Shown here piece by piece: positions 19,523 to 20,000 of a stretch of 20,000 nt of DNA. The notes under the pieces were generated by a model. That model did not search any database, was not told the DNA's origin, and saw only the letters and a program-made list of their open reading frames with translations. This DNA comes from Vicugna vicugna. Lineage: Eukaryota. The stretch spans positions 2,036,118 to 2,056,117 of the forward strand of contig MU057711.1 in NCBI GenBank assembly GCA_013265495.1, in the 5' to 3' direction. The position numbers and the translations under genes were made by a program. Within the stretch, counting starts at the first letter, position 1, and each line of letters begins with the position of its first letter.

Positions 19523-19726
19523 TAAATGTGTGCGATGTTGCTCAGAGCCTGATGTGAACCCCTACTGGCCGGCAGGATCTCTTCACGTGATTGCAGACAC
19601 ACTTTTACTTTCTTACTTTGTTAGTTAAAGATTCATTTTCATGCGAATGCAAAACAAAGTTTACTACCCAACTATTGCTGTCATAGATATTACTGCTTAG
19701 GACATAGCTGAGTTTAAAAAGTAGGC

Positions 19727-19975
19727 CAACCCAAATGTCCATCGACACATGAATGAGTAAACAAATGTGGTATTTACAAACAACAAGGTCCTACTCTATA
19801 GTGCAGGGAGATGACATTCAATACCTTGCCATAACCTATAATGAAAAAGAATATATGTATATGTATAACTGAATCACCCTGCTGTACACCAGAAACTAAC
19901 ACAACATTGTAAATCAACTACACCTCAATTTTAAAAAAAGAAGAAACACAGAAACTACTATATATAAAATAGATA
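19727..19975 (+). mobile_element. Composite/rearranged LINE-1 3' fragments
   Basis: caacccaaatgtccatcgac...aaatgtggtattt (ORF2 end) joined to aacaacaaggtcctac...tacaccagaaactaacacaacattgtaaatcaactacacctcaatt + A-rich tail, then aactactatatataaaatagata. Confidence 0.85.
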
Positions 19976-20000
19976 TTTTCTTTCTTTTTAAAATTTTTTT

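Noticed and set aside
19560..19725. Possible DNA transposon relic (atagatattactgcttaggac...)
   Set aside because: Vague resemblance to a hAT-type MER, but I could not assign a family or termini
1..20000. A novel prokaryotic-type system (operon, CRISPR, defence island, phage)
   Set aside because: The sequence is mammalian: MIR/L2/L1/MaLR repeats, CpG depletion with one island, no gene-dense ORF structure and no repeat-spacer array

Overview
Mammalian genomic DNA, most likely from a camelid (camel, alpaca or llama). This is inferred from a tRNA-derived Vic-1-like SINE and cetartiodactyl-type L1 3' ends. No intact protein-coding gene, RNA gene, CRISPR array or prokaryotic system can be supported. 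The ORF track is mostly spurious; the one recognisable peptide is a decayed LINE-1 ORF2 C-terminus at about 14.98-15.22 kb. The main functional element is a CpG island at about 6.25-6.95 kb with GC boxes and a CCAAT box, probably a promoter or first exon of an unidentified gene, tentatively on the minus strand. Its left edge carries a nested inverted-repeat structure: an 18-bp perfect palindrome inside an 11-bp inverted repeat. The rest is a dense record of old interspersed repeats (MIR, L2, L1M, MLT1/LTR16/LTR33 solo LTRs, hAT MERs), several nested and some with readable target-site duplications (TSDs), plus a few repeat-free islands that may be enhancers. Repeat families were assigned from remembered consensus sequences without alignment, and boundaries are approximate unless a TSD is quoted.
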